A DNA stretch of 59,419 nucleotides, counting the filler, from Nitrospirota bacterium (lineage in GTDB: Bacteria > JACPQY01): NCBI GenBank assembly GCA_016180645.1. It is 4 parts of 4 records of this genome, joined end to end, with 100 filler letters (N's around TTAATTAATTAA, not from the genome) between each part and the next. Parts side by side here need not be neighbours in the genome. Positions count along the whole stretch, not along the records: positions 36,732 to 59,419 come from JACPAV010000065.1; 3 more parts are not named here. One strand, given 5' to 3'. How positions within the stretch are numbered: the first letter of the stretch is position 1; each line of letters opens with the position of its first letter. A program made the position numbers and the translations under genes. Below are positions 39,297-49,239 of the stretch, in pieces. Under the pieces are notes generated by a model, which saw only the letters and a list, made by a program, of their open reading frames with translations, ran no database searches and was not told the origin of the DNA.

Positions 39297-41732
39297 ATGA
39301 AACGGATTCCGATCCCCGTCCTACTCATCACCCTTCACTCATCACTCTTCACGACTGTTCCGGCCTGCGACAAGAGCGCCGCGAAGGAGGAGGCCCAAGC
39401 GGCCAAGGACACCCAGGCGCCCTCCCTCTCGATCACCGAGCCGAGTCTGCCGTACGGGATGGAGGGGATCTCGCAGAAGGAGGGCGTGATCACCTTCTCC
39501 GGCATGGCGGAGGACGACCGAGGCGTGGTCCGTGTGAAATGGGAGAACCACCGGGGAGGGAAGGGTTGGGCGACCGTCGTTCGCCGGGGCACGCAGACCG
39601 ATTGGGAAGTGAAAGACATCCCGGTCGAGCCGGGCGACAACCGGATCACCTTGACCGCTCAGGACGCCGCGGCGAACGCGGCCACGCAGACGATCTGGGT
39701 GGTGCGGACCACGGACGTGGATTTCATCAGCTACCCCGATGCGAGCGAGACGGACCTTGAGATCAGCAAGCTGACAGAGGTCATTTTCCGAGTGGCGATC
39801 AAGGAGAGTCCGAAAGTGAAGATCGAGAGCGTCAAGCTCGTGAAGGTGAACGAGAATGGCGAGATTCTGGACACGCTCGGCGAGATGCTCGACGACGGCA
39901 AGAGCGAGCACGGGGACGAAGTTCCTGCCGATGGCGTGTTCAGCGCGAAGGTCACGCTTCTGGAAGGCACCGAAGGCAAAGTCCGTTTCCGCGTCGTTGT
40001 CTCCGGTGTGAAGGAAGGTGCGGGGGGCGTCACCGCTTCCTCCGAGCCTTTCGCCGCCCGCGTGTTCAGGCCGTGGACAATGGAACAGTTGAACGCCTTT
40101 TGGGCTGTCCAAGAGCCGTCAGAAAAGATGTACTTCGACCTCAAGAGCCGGTTGGGGCATGAAGAGGCTGCCCGGAGGACGGTCGAATGGGTGAAACAAC
40201 AACCGGGCGTTGCTCGCGCCCATGCAGACGAAGACGGCTACGGATTCACGATGGAGTGGGGCGAGTTCGGTGGACACATAGACATCATCCCGCGAGGTTC
40301 CGGCTGGCACCCGGATGATCCCCCCGAAACGCGTGGAGAAACGCCCGGTCCCTCCCGGCAACTACGGCCACAAGATCAGACTCCAATCCAGGCCCCTCCT
40401 CTGCCCGAAAAGGCCCCGCAGAAGCGGCAGCCGTTGCGTTACAAGTTTCGCGTAGGGGCGCGCGCTGAACTCAAGAACCCCAAGGTCCTCCTTGTTTCAC
40501 CGTTCTCAAAAAGCCTTCCTACCGAGGGACTCGACTTCCTCCAAAAGAAGTTCGAGGCGAGCAAGTGCCCCACCTTCCTGACAAAACGGATCGAGAACCT
40601 GGACGCCGACATCGAGGCCTTCAAGACGTTCAAGGACTACAACGTGGTTGTCCTTTACACGCATGGCAATGCCTTGTGCCGTACAGGAGATGGCCCGGCT
40701 TATGAATACCGGCGGTGCCCATGTGGGCGGACGGCTGGCGCGATGCCCGTCACACTCACGAGCATTCCTCGGAGTCAGGAAATGGATGTGCGCTATCTGG
40801 ATGAGCGGAACGGCGGCCGGATTGTGGGGAAGCCCCTTGACGTCTACGGCATCACGCCTGCTTTCGTCACGAAGTACGACAGAAGCTTTCCCACCGGAGC
40901 GCTTGTCTTCAACGGAAGCTGCCGGAGCCTCTTCAACCCCGCCCTCTCAGATTCCTACCGGTCGGCCGGCGCGGCGGCCTATCTGGGATACACGGAGTAC
41001 GTGTCGATCGGCCACCACAACCTCGTTGTAAACGCCTTTTTCGAATTCCTCCTGACTGGACGGAACCTGACCCAAGCGCTCGGCGACACGCTGCTCCAGC
41101 GCGGCCTCAAGGATCCCGCGGGGGGATTCAACGGCTGTGAACCGGCGGCATTCGTCGGAGCCGGCAAGCAAGACCTCAAGATCACGATCGAAGGCTTCAA
41201 CAACGGCTCGTTTGAGCAAGGGCCGGGAGTCCCGCCCGCCGGGTGGGACGCGACAGGCGACGTGCAGATCATCACCAAGTTGGGGCCTCTGACGGCGAAG
41301 GACGGTTCCTACATGGCGTATCTCAGCACCGGCGAGAATGCCGAAGACCAGTCCAAGAGCACGCTCGAGCAACCCTTCTGCGTGCCGGCGGACAAATCGA
41401 AGATATCTTTTTCCTATCGTCTGGTCTCCGAAGAACCTCTGGAATTCGTCAACTCGGAGTGGCGCGATACGTTTGAGGCAGCATTGGTGGTCGGGACCGC
41501 CCGCACGGTTCTCGTTTCCGAAACAACGGACAAGGGACCGTGGGCGGCGCTCAGCGGCGTGGACCTCGAAGGGGGCGATCGCACCGCCTTCACCACCGAC
41601 TGGCGGCGCATCTCGTCCGATCTCCCGGAAACCGCCCGCACCGAAGGCGCGACCCTTGCCTTCCGCCTCCAAGACAACGGCGATCTCGTCTACGACACCG
41701 CCGCCCTCCTCGACAACGTGCATCTGGAATAG
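39297..41732 (+). CDS. Modular lipoprotein copy 2
   Basis: Starts MKRIPI...VPAC; LYTHG...NGSCRS; termini conserved with copy 1. Confidence 0.85.
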   Translation: MKRIPIPVLLITLHSSLFTTVPACDKSAAKEEAQAAKDTQAPSLSITEPSLPYGMEGISQKEGVITFSGMAEDDRGVVRVKWENHRGGKGWATVVRRGTQTDWEVKDIPVEPGDNRITLTAQDAAANAATQTIWVVRTTDVDFISYPDASETDLEISKLTEVIFRVAIKESPKVKIESVKLVKVNENGEILDTLGEMLDDGKSEHGDEVPADGVFSAKVTLLEGTEGKVRFRVVVSGVKEGAGGVTASSEPFAARVFRPWTMEQLNAFWAVQEPSEKMYFDLKSRLGHEEAARRTVEWVKQQPGVARAHADEDGYGFTMEWGEFGGHIDIIPRGSGWHPDDPPETRGETPGPSRQLRPQDQTPIQAPPLPEKAPQKRQPLRYKFRVGARAELKNPKVLLVSPFSKSLPTEGLDFLQKKFEASKCPTFLTKRIENLDADIEAFKTFKDYNVVVLYTHGNALCRTGDGPAYEYRRCPCGRTAGAMPVTLTSIPRSQEMDVRYLDERNGGRIVGKPLDVYGITPAFVTKYDRSFPTGALVFNGSCRSLFNPALSDSYRSAGAAAYLGYTEYVSIGHHNLVVNAFFEFLLTGRNLTQALGDTLLQRGLKDPAGGFNGCEPAAFVGAGKQDLKITIEGFNNGSFEQGPGVPPAGWDATGDVQIITKLGPLTAKDGSYMAYLSTGENAEDQSKSTLEQPFCVPADKSKISFSYRLVSEEPLEFVNSEWRDTFEAALVVGTARTVLVSETTDKGPWAALSGVDLEGGDRTAFTTDWRRISSDLPETARTEGATLAFRLQDNGDLVYDTAALLDNVHLE

Positions 41733-41736
41733 CTCG

Positions 41737-44042
41737 ATGAAACGATTTCCGATCCTCATCCTACTCATCGCCCTTCACTCATCACTCTTCACGACTGTTC
41801 CGGCCTGCGACAAGACCGCGGCAAAGGAAGAGGTTCAGGCGGCCAAGGACACCCAGCCGCCGACGCTCAACGTCTCGGAGCCAAGCCTGCCGTATGGGAT
41901 GGAGGGGATCTCCCAGAGGGAAGGCGTGATCTCCTTCTCCGGCATGGCGGAGGATGATCAAGGCGTGGTCCGCGTGAAATGGGAGAGCAGTCGCGGCGGC
42001 AAGGGTTGGGCGACCGTCGCTCGCCGGGGCACGCAGACCGATTGGGAGGTGAAAGACATCCCGGTCGAGCCGGGCGACAACCGGATAACCCTGACGGCGC
42101 AGGACGCGGCGGCGAATGCGGCCACGCAGACGATCTGGGTGGTGCGGACCACGGACGTGGATTTCATCAGCTTCCCCGATGCGAGCGAGACCGACATCCA
42201 CTTGAACGAGGCCACCGAGACGATCTCGACGAGGTTCCGGCGGACGGCGTCTACAGCGCGAAGGTGACGCTCCTTGAAGGCACGGAAGGCAAAGTCCGTT
42301 TCCGTGTGATCGTGTCCGGCGTGAAAGAGGGCTCGGGGGGCGTCACCGCTTCGTCCGAACCCTTCGTCATTCGATCCTTGCGGTTGTGGACGGAAGAGGA
42401 GGAGCGGCAGGCCGACGCGATTGACGAGCAAGCGGACAGTACATATTTCGAGTTGAAGGCCAAATTCGGTCACGAGGAAGCCGCGCAGCGCACCGTGGAG
42501 TGGTTGAAGATGCAGCCCGGCGTCGCGAGTGCTGGCGCTTCCGAGGGTGGGTACAGTTTTCTCATGGAGTCGGGAATACAGGGTGGTTACTTGGAGACTA
42601 TTCCGCGAAAAAATGCCAACCCCGCCGATCTCAAACCTGATCTACAGAAAGAAGGTTTTGAGGAGCATTGTCTTGGGGATGTTTGCGACACGCCCGACCC
42701 GACTGCGGCACCGGCCTCCGCGGTTCGGAAACTTGCTCCGCTTCAGTACAAGATGGATCGGCGTGGAGGACTTCGGGCCGGAATCACGAACCCGAAGGTT
42801 CTGATTGCGTCTCCTTTTGCAGGCGAATTGCCCGTCAAAGCGTCGGTGGAACTGAACAGGATGTTTGGATCCCACAGATGTCCGATATTCGACAGGAGGT
42901 GGATCGTGGGTGAGAAGGCTGGCGTTGAAACTTTCAAGACCATGAAGGACTACGACATCATCGTTCTTGATACGCACGGCGATGCGATCTGCTGGAAAGC
43001 CGAGGGTGGATACGAGCGCTGCCGTCGGGGAGATTTGCCTCCTCCTGGAGCGATTGTGATTACGCGGACCGGTACACCGGTCACGAAGGAAATGAGCCGT
43101 TTGTACTCGGAGGAAAGGCGCTCCGGGTTGATCGTAGGAGACAGGTTGTTTTCCACCTACGCGATCACGCCGGCCTTCGTCTACAAGCACAAGCCGTTTC
43201 GTCAAAAGTCAATGGTTTACAATCTCTCGTGCCGCAGCCTCTATAACCATACGATGGCCCAAGCTTTTCGGAATGTGGGCGTGTCGCCCTACTTTGGCTA
43301 TTCGGAGTACGTGGACACCTGCTACGACGACATCGTGCCGACGATTTTTCAGTCCCTTCTAAAGGGACACACCGCAGGCCGGGCATACTCGGACGGCGTT
43401 GCCGCCTACGGCCCAACGGACGCGTCTTGCTCGCCCGTTCCCGAGCCGCATCCGGCGACCTTGATCTTGGCGGGGAGCAGCGACCTCAAGATCACGATCG
43501 AGGGCTTCAACAACGGATCGTTCGAGCAAGGGCCGGGAACCCCGCCCCCCGGGTGGGACGCCAAGGGAGACGTGCAGATCATCACCCAGCTCGGCCCGAT
43601 CACGGCGAAAGAGGGAATCTACATGGCCTACCTCAGCACGGGGGAAAACGCCGAAGACCAATCCAAGAGCGCGCTCGAACAACCCTTCTGCGTTCCGGCG
43701 GACAAATCGAAGATATCCTTCTCATACCGACTGGTTTCCGAGGAGCCTGACGAATTTCTGAACTCGGGGTATCGAGACACCTTCGAAGCGGCGCTGGTCA
43801 TCGGGACCGCCCGCACGGTTCTCGTTTCCGAAACGACGGACAAGGGGCCGTGGTCCCCCTTGCCCGGCGTCGACCTCGAAGGGGGAGATCGCACCGCTTT
43901 CGCCACCGACTGGAAAACCGTGGCCTCGGAACTTTCCGAAACCGCCCGCGCCGAAGGCGCGACCCTCGCCTTCCGCCTCCAAGACAACGGCGATCTCGTC
44001 TACGACACCGTCGCCCTCCTCGACAACGTGCATCTGGAATAG
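41737..44042 (+). pseudogene. Modular lipoprotein copy 3, frameshifted at about 42226 by a ~127-nt deletion
   Basis: gagacgatct|cgacgaggtt joins ETI to DEVPADG in another frame; both halves otherwise intact. Confidence 0.8.
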
Positions 44043-44046
44043 CTCG

Positions 44047-46842
44047 ATGAAACGATTTCCGATCCTCGTCCTACTCATCACCCTTCACTCATCACTCTTC
44101 ACAATCTTCCCGGCCTGTGAGAATCGGAAGGCCCCAACACTCGACCCGACTGAGGCTTTGGAGCAGCTCCCCCAGGCCGAAATCGCATCGGACCCGGTGG
44201 CACTCACCCCCGTCGTGGCGTGGGCAGTGGATCAGATCCTCGTGTCGCTTCGATACTGGGACATTGTGAATGTGGAAGAGGCGCTCGATTTCACGAGAGC
44301 GCGTCCAGGTCAGCCGACTTTGTTTGCCGGATTGCCTCTCGGGATGCGGCCCGTGCGATCCCGTTCCCGAATCGCCAGACGCCAGGTAGACAATTCCTGT
44401 CCCATGCGAGTGGATCGGTCCGACGGGCCGACGGGCAAGATCGACCTTGAACTCCTCGGCGGCTGCGAAGCATCGGTAAGCGAAATACCCATTCGCTATG
44501 TCGGGAGCATACGATTGAAAGGGGACTTGAGCCTCGGCGGTCTTCGCGTGAACACGGTTTGGAAGGACTGGACGGAAGAAAATCCCTTCGGACGCAAGAA
44601 AGTAAACGGCACTCAGACGCTGGAGAGTTCGATCCAGGCCGAAGGCGAATATGCCGCTTCCATTCGCCGGCAGTTGGGGGGGACAACCGGAGACGCGGGG
44701 CCCATCGAGGAAGACTTCACGTGGACCGTCTCAGGACGCGACGGTGAGGAGGCGAACACGAGCGGCTCCTGGCTGTGGACCTCGGGATCATCGATGAGCG
44801 CATTGCGCGTGGACCTGAGAACCACATCCGTTCCGGCGGATACGGCCACGGGGAAACCCGAACGGGTGACCGAGGGAACCTTGGATCTCGGTCTTGTGGG
44901 AGGCGGATCACTTCCAGTTCTTTCCGGCTCTTCTTCCGGCCGGCTGACCGTGCATTTCGAGAGCGTCCGCACGGGCGCCTGTCGTGATGGTCCCGCGAAG
45001 CCGACGACCGGCCGGATCATATTTGAATCCCTCAACCGGGTGGAGGCCGTTTTTTCAGATTCGTGCGACGGATGTGTAAGCCTAACCGATGGGAGCGGGC
45101 GCAAGGTTTGCTGGACGGAGCCGGCGCCGCCGACCGAACCGCCCAACCCAACGGAAGGCCCCCCAACGAGCGAAGGAGTTACCGAGCCGCCTGCGGAGCA
45201 GCTGGAGGCCAAAATCGTCGTCATGGAGCCGATCTTCACCGCTCAAACCGATATCGCTTCAAATCAGGTCACCCTTGCCTCACAAGACTTGGCGGTGGCC
45301 CTGCCGGAAGGGTATCGGACGGTCAACGTAGAAGCCGATGTGTCCGGCATCTTTTTCGACCGGAGTGAGGGAATTCGTGGGTTCGCCGTGGCGGGACCCT
45401 CCGAGGCCGCAACGGCGTCCAAGCTCGGCGAAGCGTTCAAGAACGGGAGTCGGATCAACGGAACGTCCCTCCCCGCGGAGTCGGCGGCCGTCGTCAGCAC
45501 GGTCAACTCCCTGCGCCTGACATCGGTGGAAGGAAAGCCAATGTCGCTTCAGACGTTCGCCGTCGGCTTCTCTTCGCCGAGGAGCTGGGAGAGTGTGACC
45601 GCGCAGCTCGCGGCAGGCGTGGGAATGGCGGCAGCCAAGACGGAGATCTCCATGCCGGGGGTTGAAGTCGGCGCCGCATCCGGCGTCACGTCGAAAGACT
45701 ATATCGTGGCGCTGGGGTCCGTCGCGCGTGATGGGGGAAAATCGCTGCACGCCGCCGCTGTGGCGCCCATGGACCGCTTCGATGAGCAGTCGTCCGAAAT
45801 GTTTCAGACCGTGGCCGCGGCCACGCGCGCCAACGCGAAGCTCGCCAGGAAAGAAGAGTCCTTCACGGCCCAGGCTCAAGGGCCGCAGATCACCGTGAGC
45901 TCGTCGGTGGTGGACGTGCTGTGGGTCATTGATGACTCCGGCAGCATGTCCGAGGAGCAATCCAACTTGGCGACGAATTTCGACGCCTTTTTCCGGCAAT
46001 TCCGGGCGCTCAACCTCGATTACCACCTGGGCGTGGTGACGACCGACTGCGACAGTTACAACAGTACCTACTACGGCTCCAAACCGCTCTGCGGCGCCCT
46101 GCGAAAACTCTCGAACGGGGCGGTGACCATCGACTCCAACACGCCGCAGGCCGAGAAGGAATGGGCCACCATCAGCCGCCCCGGCACGTCCGGCTCGGGC
46201 AACGAGAAGCCGCTCCTGGCCGCAAGGGAAGCCCTCACCAGCCGCGAAACGGACAAGACCAACGCCGGATTCCGGAGAGCCGGAGCCTCACTCGTGGTCA
46301 TCCTTGTCACGGACGAGGTGGATCACTCCTACGAAGGCGCTTACAAGAATTCCGACCCGGGGGCGACCTACACGCCGCCCACGCCATTCATCCAATTCGT
46401 GCAAGCTCAGGCCGCCTCCGTATTCGCCATCACCGGCGATCCGGGGGTGGCCGCCTACAGCGGCGGTTGTACCAGCGCGAACGGCGGCGCCGATCCGGGC
46501 AACGCCGTGATCGAGGTGGCGGAATCCACCGGCGGCTCCTGGGCCAGCATTTGCAGCAGCACGTTCGCGCCGACGCTCAGTCTCATCTCGCAAGCGATCG
46601 GCACGAAGTCGAGCCGGTTCCGTCTTTCGCAGGCGGCCATACCTTCCCGCATCCGCGTGTTCGTGGACGGCATCGAAGTCCGCCGCAGCATCACCCGAAA
46701 GAATGCGGGCGCCATCCAACAGGCGGATGGATTCATTTATGACGTCGCCTCCCGCACCGTCTCCTTCATCGGGGTTCGGTTCGCACCGAAGCCCGGCCAA
46801 ACCGTCCGCGTCGTCTACCTGGCGGTGGAGGGGTTGGCATGA
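44047..46842 (+). CDS. Lipoprotein with C-terminal vWA domain
   Basis: Array-type signal peptide; VDVLWVIDDSGSMSEEQ MIDAS motif, GVVTTD, VILVTDE. Confidence 0.88.
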   Translation: MKRFPILVLLITLHSSLFTIFPACENRKAPTLDPTEALEQLPQAEIASDPVALTPVVAWAVDQILVSLRYWDIVNVEEALDFTRARPGQPTLFAGLPLGMRPVRSRSRIARRQVDNSCPMRVDRSDGPTGKIDLELLGGCEASVSEIPIRYVGSIRLKGDLSLGGLRVNTVWKDWTEENPFGRKKVNGTQTLESSIQAEGEYAASIRRQLGGTTGDAGPIEEDFTWTVSGRDGEEANTSGSWLWTSGSSMSALRVDLRTTSVPADTATGKPERVTEGTLDLGLVGGGSLPVLSGSSSGRLTVHFESVRTGACRDGPAKPTTGRIIFESLNRVEAVFSDSCDGCVSLTDGSGRKVCWTEPAPPTEPPNPTEGPPTSEGVTEPPAEQLEAKIVVMEPIFTAQTDIASNQVTLASQDLAVALPEGYRTVNVEADVSGIFFDRSEGIRGFAVAGPSEAATASKLGEAFKNGSRINGTSLPAESAAVVSTVNSLRLTSVEGKPMSLQTFAVGFSSPRSWESVTAQLAAGVGMAAAKTEISMPGVEVGAASGVTSKDYIVALGSVARDGGKSLHAAAVAPMDRFDEQSSEMFQTVAAATRANAKLARKEESFTAQAQGPQITVSSSVVDVLWVIDDSGSMSEEQSNLATNFDAFFRQFRALNLDYHLGVVTTDCDSYNSTYYGSKPLCGALRKLSNGAVTIDSNTPQAEKEWATISRPGTSGSGNEKPLLAAREALTSRETDKTNAGFRRAGASLVVILVTDEVDHSYEGAYKNSDPGATYTPPTPFIQFVQAQAASVFAITGDPGVAAYSGGCTSANGGADPGNAVIEVAESTGGSWASICSSTFAPTLSLISQAIGTKSSRFRLSQAAIPSRIRVFVDGIEVRRSITRKNAGAIQQADGFIYDVASRTVSFIGVRFAPKPGQTVRVVYLAVEGLA

Positions 46843-49235
46843 GAGACCGGCGATGGTGGCTTTCCGATTCCCGATTCCCGATTCTCGTCCTCCTGCTCTC
46901 TGCTCACTGCTTGCTGCTCACCCTGCCCGCCTGCCAAAAGACCGCGGTGAAGGAGGAGGCGCAAGCGGCGAAGGACACACAGGCGCCGACGCTCAATATC
47001 ACCGAGCCGATCCTGCCGTACGGGATGGAGGGGATCTCGCAGAAGGAGGGCGTGATCACCTTCTCCGGCACGGCGGAGGACGACCGAGGCGTGGTCCGCG
47101 TGAAGTGGGAGAACCACCGGGGAGGGAAGGGCTGGGCGCGGGTGATGAACATTGGCGGCGCCCAGACGGACTGGGAGGTGAAGGACATCCCGCTCGAACC
47201 CGGCGACAACAAGATCACCCTGACCGCGCAGGACGCCGCGGCGAACGCGGCGACGAAGACGATCTGGGTGGTGCGGACCACGGACGTGGATTTCATCAGC
47301 TTCCCCGATGCGAGCGAGACCGACATCCACTTGAACGAGGCCACCGAGACGATCTTGAACGAGGCCGGCGAGGTCCTGGACACGCTCGGCCCGATGTTCG
47401 ACGACGGCAAGAGCGAACACGGGGACGAAGTCCCCGCCGACGGCGTCTACAGCGCGAAGGTCACGCTTCTGGAAGGCACCGAAGGCAAAGTCCGTTTCCG
47501 CGTCGTCGTCTCCGGCGTGAAGGAGGGCGCGGGGGGCGTCACCGCTTCGTCCGAACCTTTCGCCGCCCGGGTGTTCAAGCCGTGGACAATGGAACAGATG
47601 GACGCCTCTGAGGCGGTCCAGGAGACATCCGAGAAGATGTACTTCGACCTCAAGAGCCGGGTGGGACATGAAGAGGCCGCCCGGAGGACCGTCGAATGGC
47701 TGATGATGCAACCGGGCGTGGCCGATGCCTACGTACATAAGGAGGGATACGGATTCACCATGGAATGGGGCGAGATCGGCGGACACATGGAAATTGCCGT
47801 TCGGGGCTCCGGATGGCACCCGGACGATCCCCCCGAAACGCGTGGAGAAACGCCCGGTCCCTCCCGGCAACAACGGCCACAAGATCAGACTCCAATCCAA
47901 GCCCCTCCTCTGCCCGAAAAGGCCCCGCAGAAGCGGCAACCGTTGCGTTACAAGTTTCGCGCAGGGACGCGCGCCGAACTCAAAAACCCCAAGATCCTGT
48001 TTGTCTCCCCCTTCTCGCAGAGCCTCCCCACGGAGGGACTTGATTTCCTCCAGAAGAAGTTCGAGGGAAGCAAGTGCCCTGCCTTTGTGACTAGGCGGAT
48101 CGAGAACGCCGCTGCCGACATCGAGGTCCTCAAGACCCTCAAGGATTACAACGTGGTCGTCTTCTACACGCACGGCAAGGCCATGTGCCCGGTCGATGCC
48201 CCGGGCCGATACCGACCATGCCCCTGTGGGCGGAGGTCGGACGCAATCCCCGTCACGCTGACGAGCATTCCTCGAAGCAATCAAATGAACGCCCGATATC
48301 GGGAGGAACTGAATGCGAACCGGGTGGTAGGAAGACCATTTGACTACTACGGGATGACCCCTGCTTTCATCACACACTACAATAGATCCTTTCCCCCCGG
48401 TGCGCTCGTTTTCAATGGAAGCTGCCGGAGCCTCTTCAACCCCGCCCTCTCAGATGCCTACCGGTCGGCCGGCTCCGCCGCCTATCTCGGATACTCGGAA
48501 ATCGTGTCAGTCAAGTACCACAATCTTGTTGTAGACACATTCTTCAAATTCCTCTTGGCAGGCAGGAACCTGACCCAAGCGCTTGGGGATACGCTCCTAC
48601 AAAACGGGACGAAGGATCCGTGGGGCGGATTCGACGACTGCGAGCCGGCCGCATTCGTCGGAGCCGGCAAGCTGGACCTCAAGATCACGATCGACGGCTT
48701 CAACAACGGATCGTTTGAGCAAGGGCCGGGAACCCCGCCCGCCGGGTGGGACGCCAAGGGAGACGTGCAGATCATCACCAAGCTCGGACCGATCACGGCG
48801 AAAGAGGGCCTCTACATGGCCTATCTCAGCACGGGGGAAAACGCCGAAGACCAATCCAAGAGCGCGCTCGAACAACCCTTCTGCGTTCCGGCGGATGCAA
48901 AGAAGATTTCGTTCGATTATCGCCTCGTCTCCGAAGAGCCCGACGAATTCCTGAACTCGGGGTATCGCGACACCTTCGAAGCGGCGCTGGTCATAGGAAG
49001 CACCCGCACGGTTCTCGTTTCCGAAACGACCGACAAGGGGCCGTGGGCGGCGCTCAGCGGCGTGGACCTCGAAGGGGGCGACCGCACCGCCTTCGCAACC
49101 GACTGGAAAACCGTGGCCTCGGACCTTCCCGAGAACGCCCGAACCGAGGGCGCGACCCTCGCCCTCCTCGTCAAGGACGGCGGAGATCCTGTCTATGACA
49201 CCGTCGCCCTCCTCGACAACGTGCATCTGGAATAG
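46839..49235 (+). CDS. Modular lipoprotein copy 4 (in-frame 20-aa deletion near 47356)
   Basis: LPAC lipobox; FYTHG...NGSCRS; centre most similar to copy 2. Confidence 0.85.
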   Translation: MRDRRWWLSDSRFPILVLLLSAHCLLLTLPACQKTAVKEEAQAAKDTQAPTLNITEPILPYGMEGISQKEGVITFSGTAEDDRGVVRVKWENHRGGKGWARVMNIGGAQTDWEVKDIPLEPGDNKITLTAQDAAANAATKTIWVVRTTDVDFISFPDASETDIHLNEATETILNEAGEVLDTLGPMFDDGKSEHGDEVPADGVYSAKVTLLEGTEGKVRFRVVVSGVKEGAGGVTASSEPFAARVFKPWTMEQMDASEAVQETSEKMYFDLKSRVGHEEAARRTVEWLMMQPGVADAYVHKEGYGFTMEWGEIGGHMEIAVRGSGWHPDDPPETRGETPGPSRQQRPQDQTPIQAPPLPEKAPQKRQPLRYKFRAGTRAELKNPKILFVSPFSQSLPTEGLDFLQKKFEGSKCPAFVTRRIENAAADIEVLKTLKDYNVVVFYTHGKAMCPVDAPGRYRPCPCGRRSDAIPVTLTSIPRSNQMNARYREELNANRVVGRPFDYYGMTPAFITHYNRSFPPGALVFNGSCRSLFNPALSDAYRSAGSAAYLGYSEIVSVKYHNLVVDTFFKFLLAGRNLTQALGDTLLQNGTKDPWGGFDDCEPAAFVGAGKLDLKITIDGFNNGSFEQGPGTPPAGWDAKGDVQIITKLGPITAKEGLYMAYLSTGENAEDQSKSALEQPFCVPADAKKISFDYRLVSEEPDEFLNSGYRDTFEAALVIGSTRTVLVSETTDKGPWAALSGVDLEGGDRTAFATDWKTVASDLPENARTEGATLALLVKDGGDPVYDTVALLDNVHLE

Positions 49236-49239
49236 CTCG

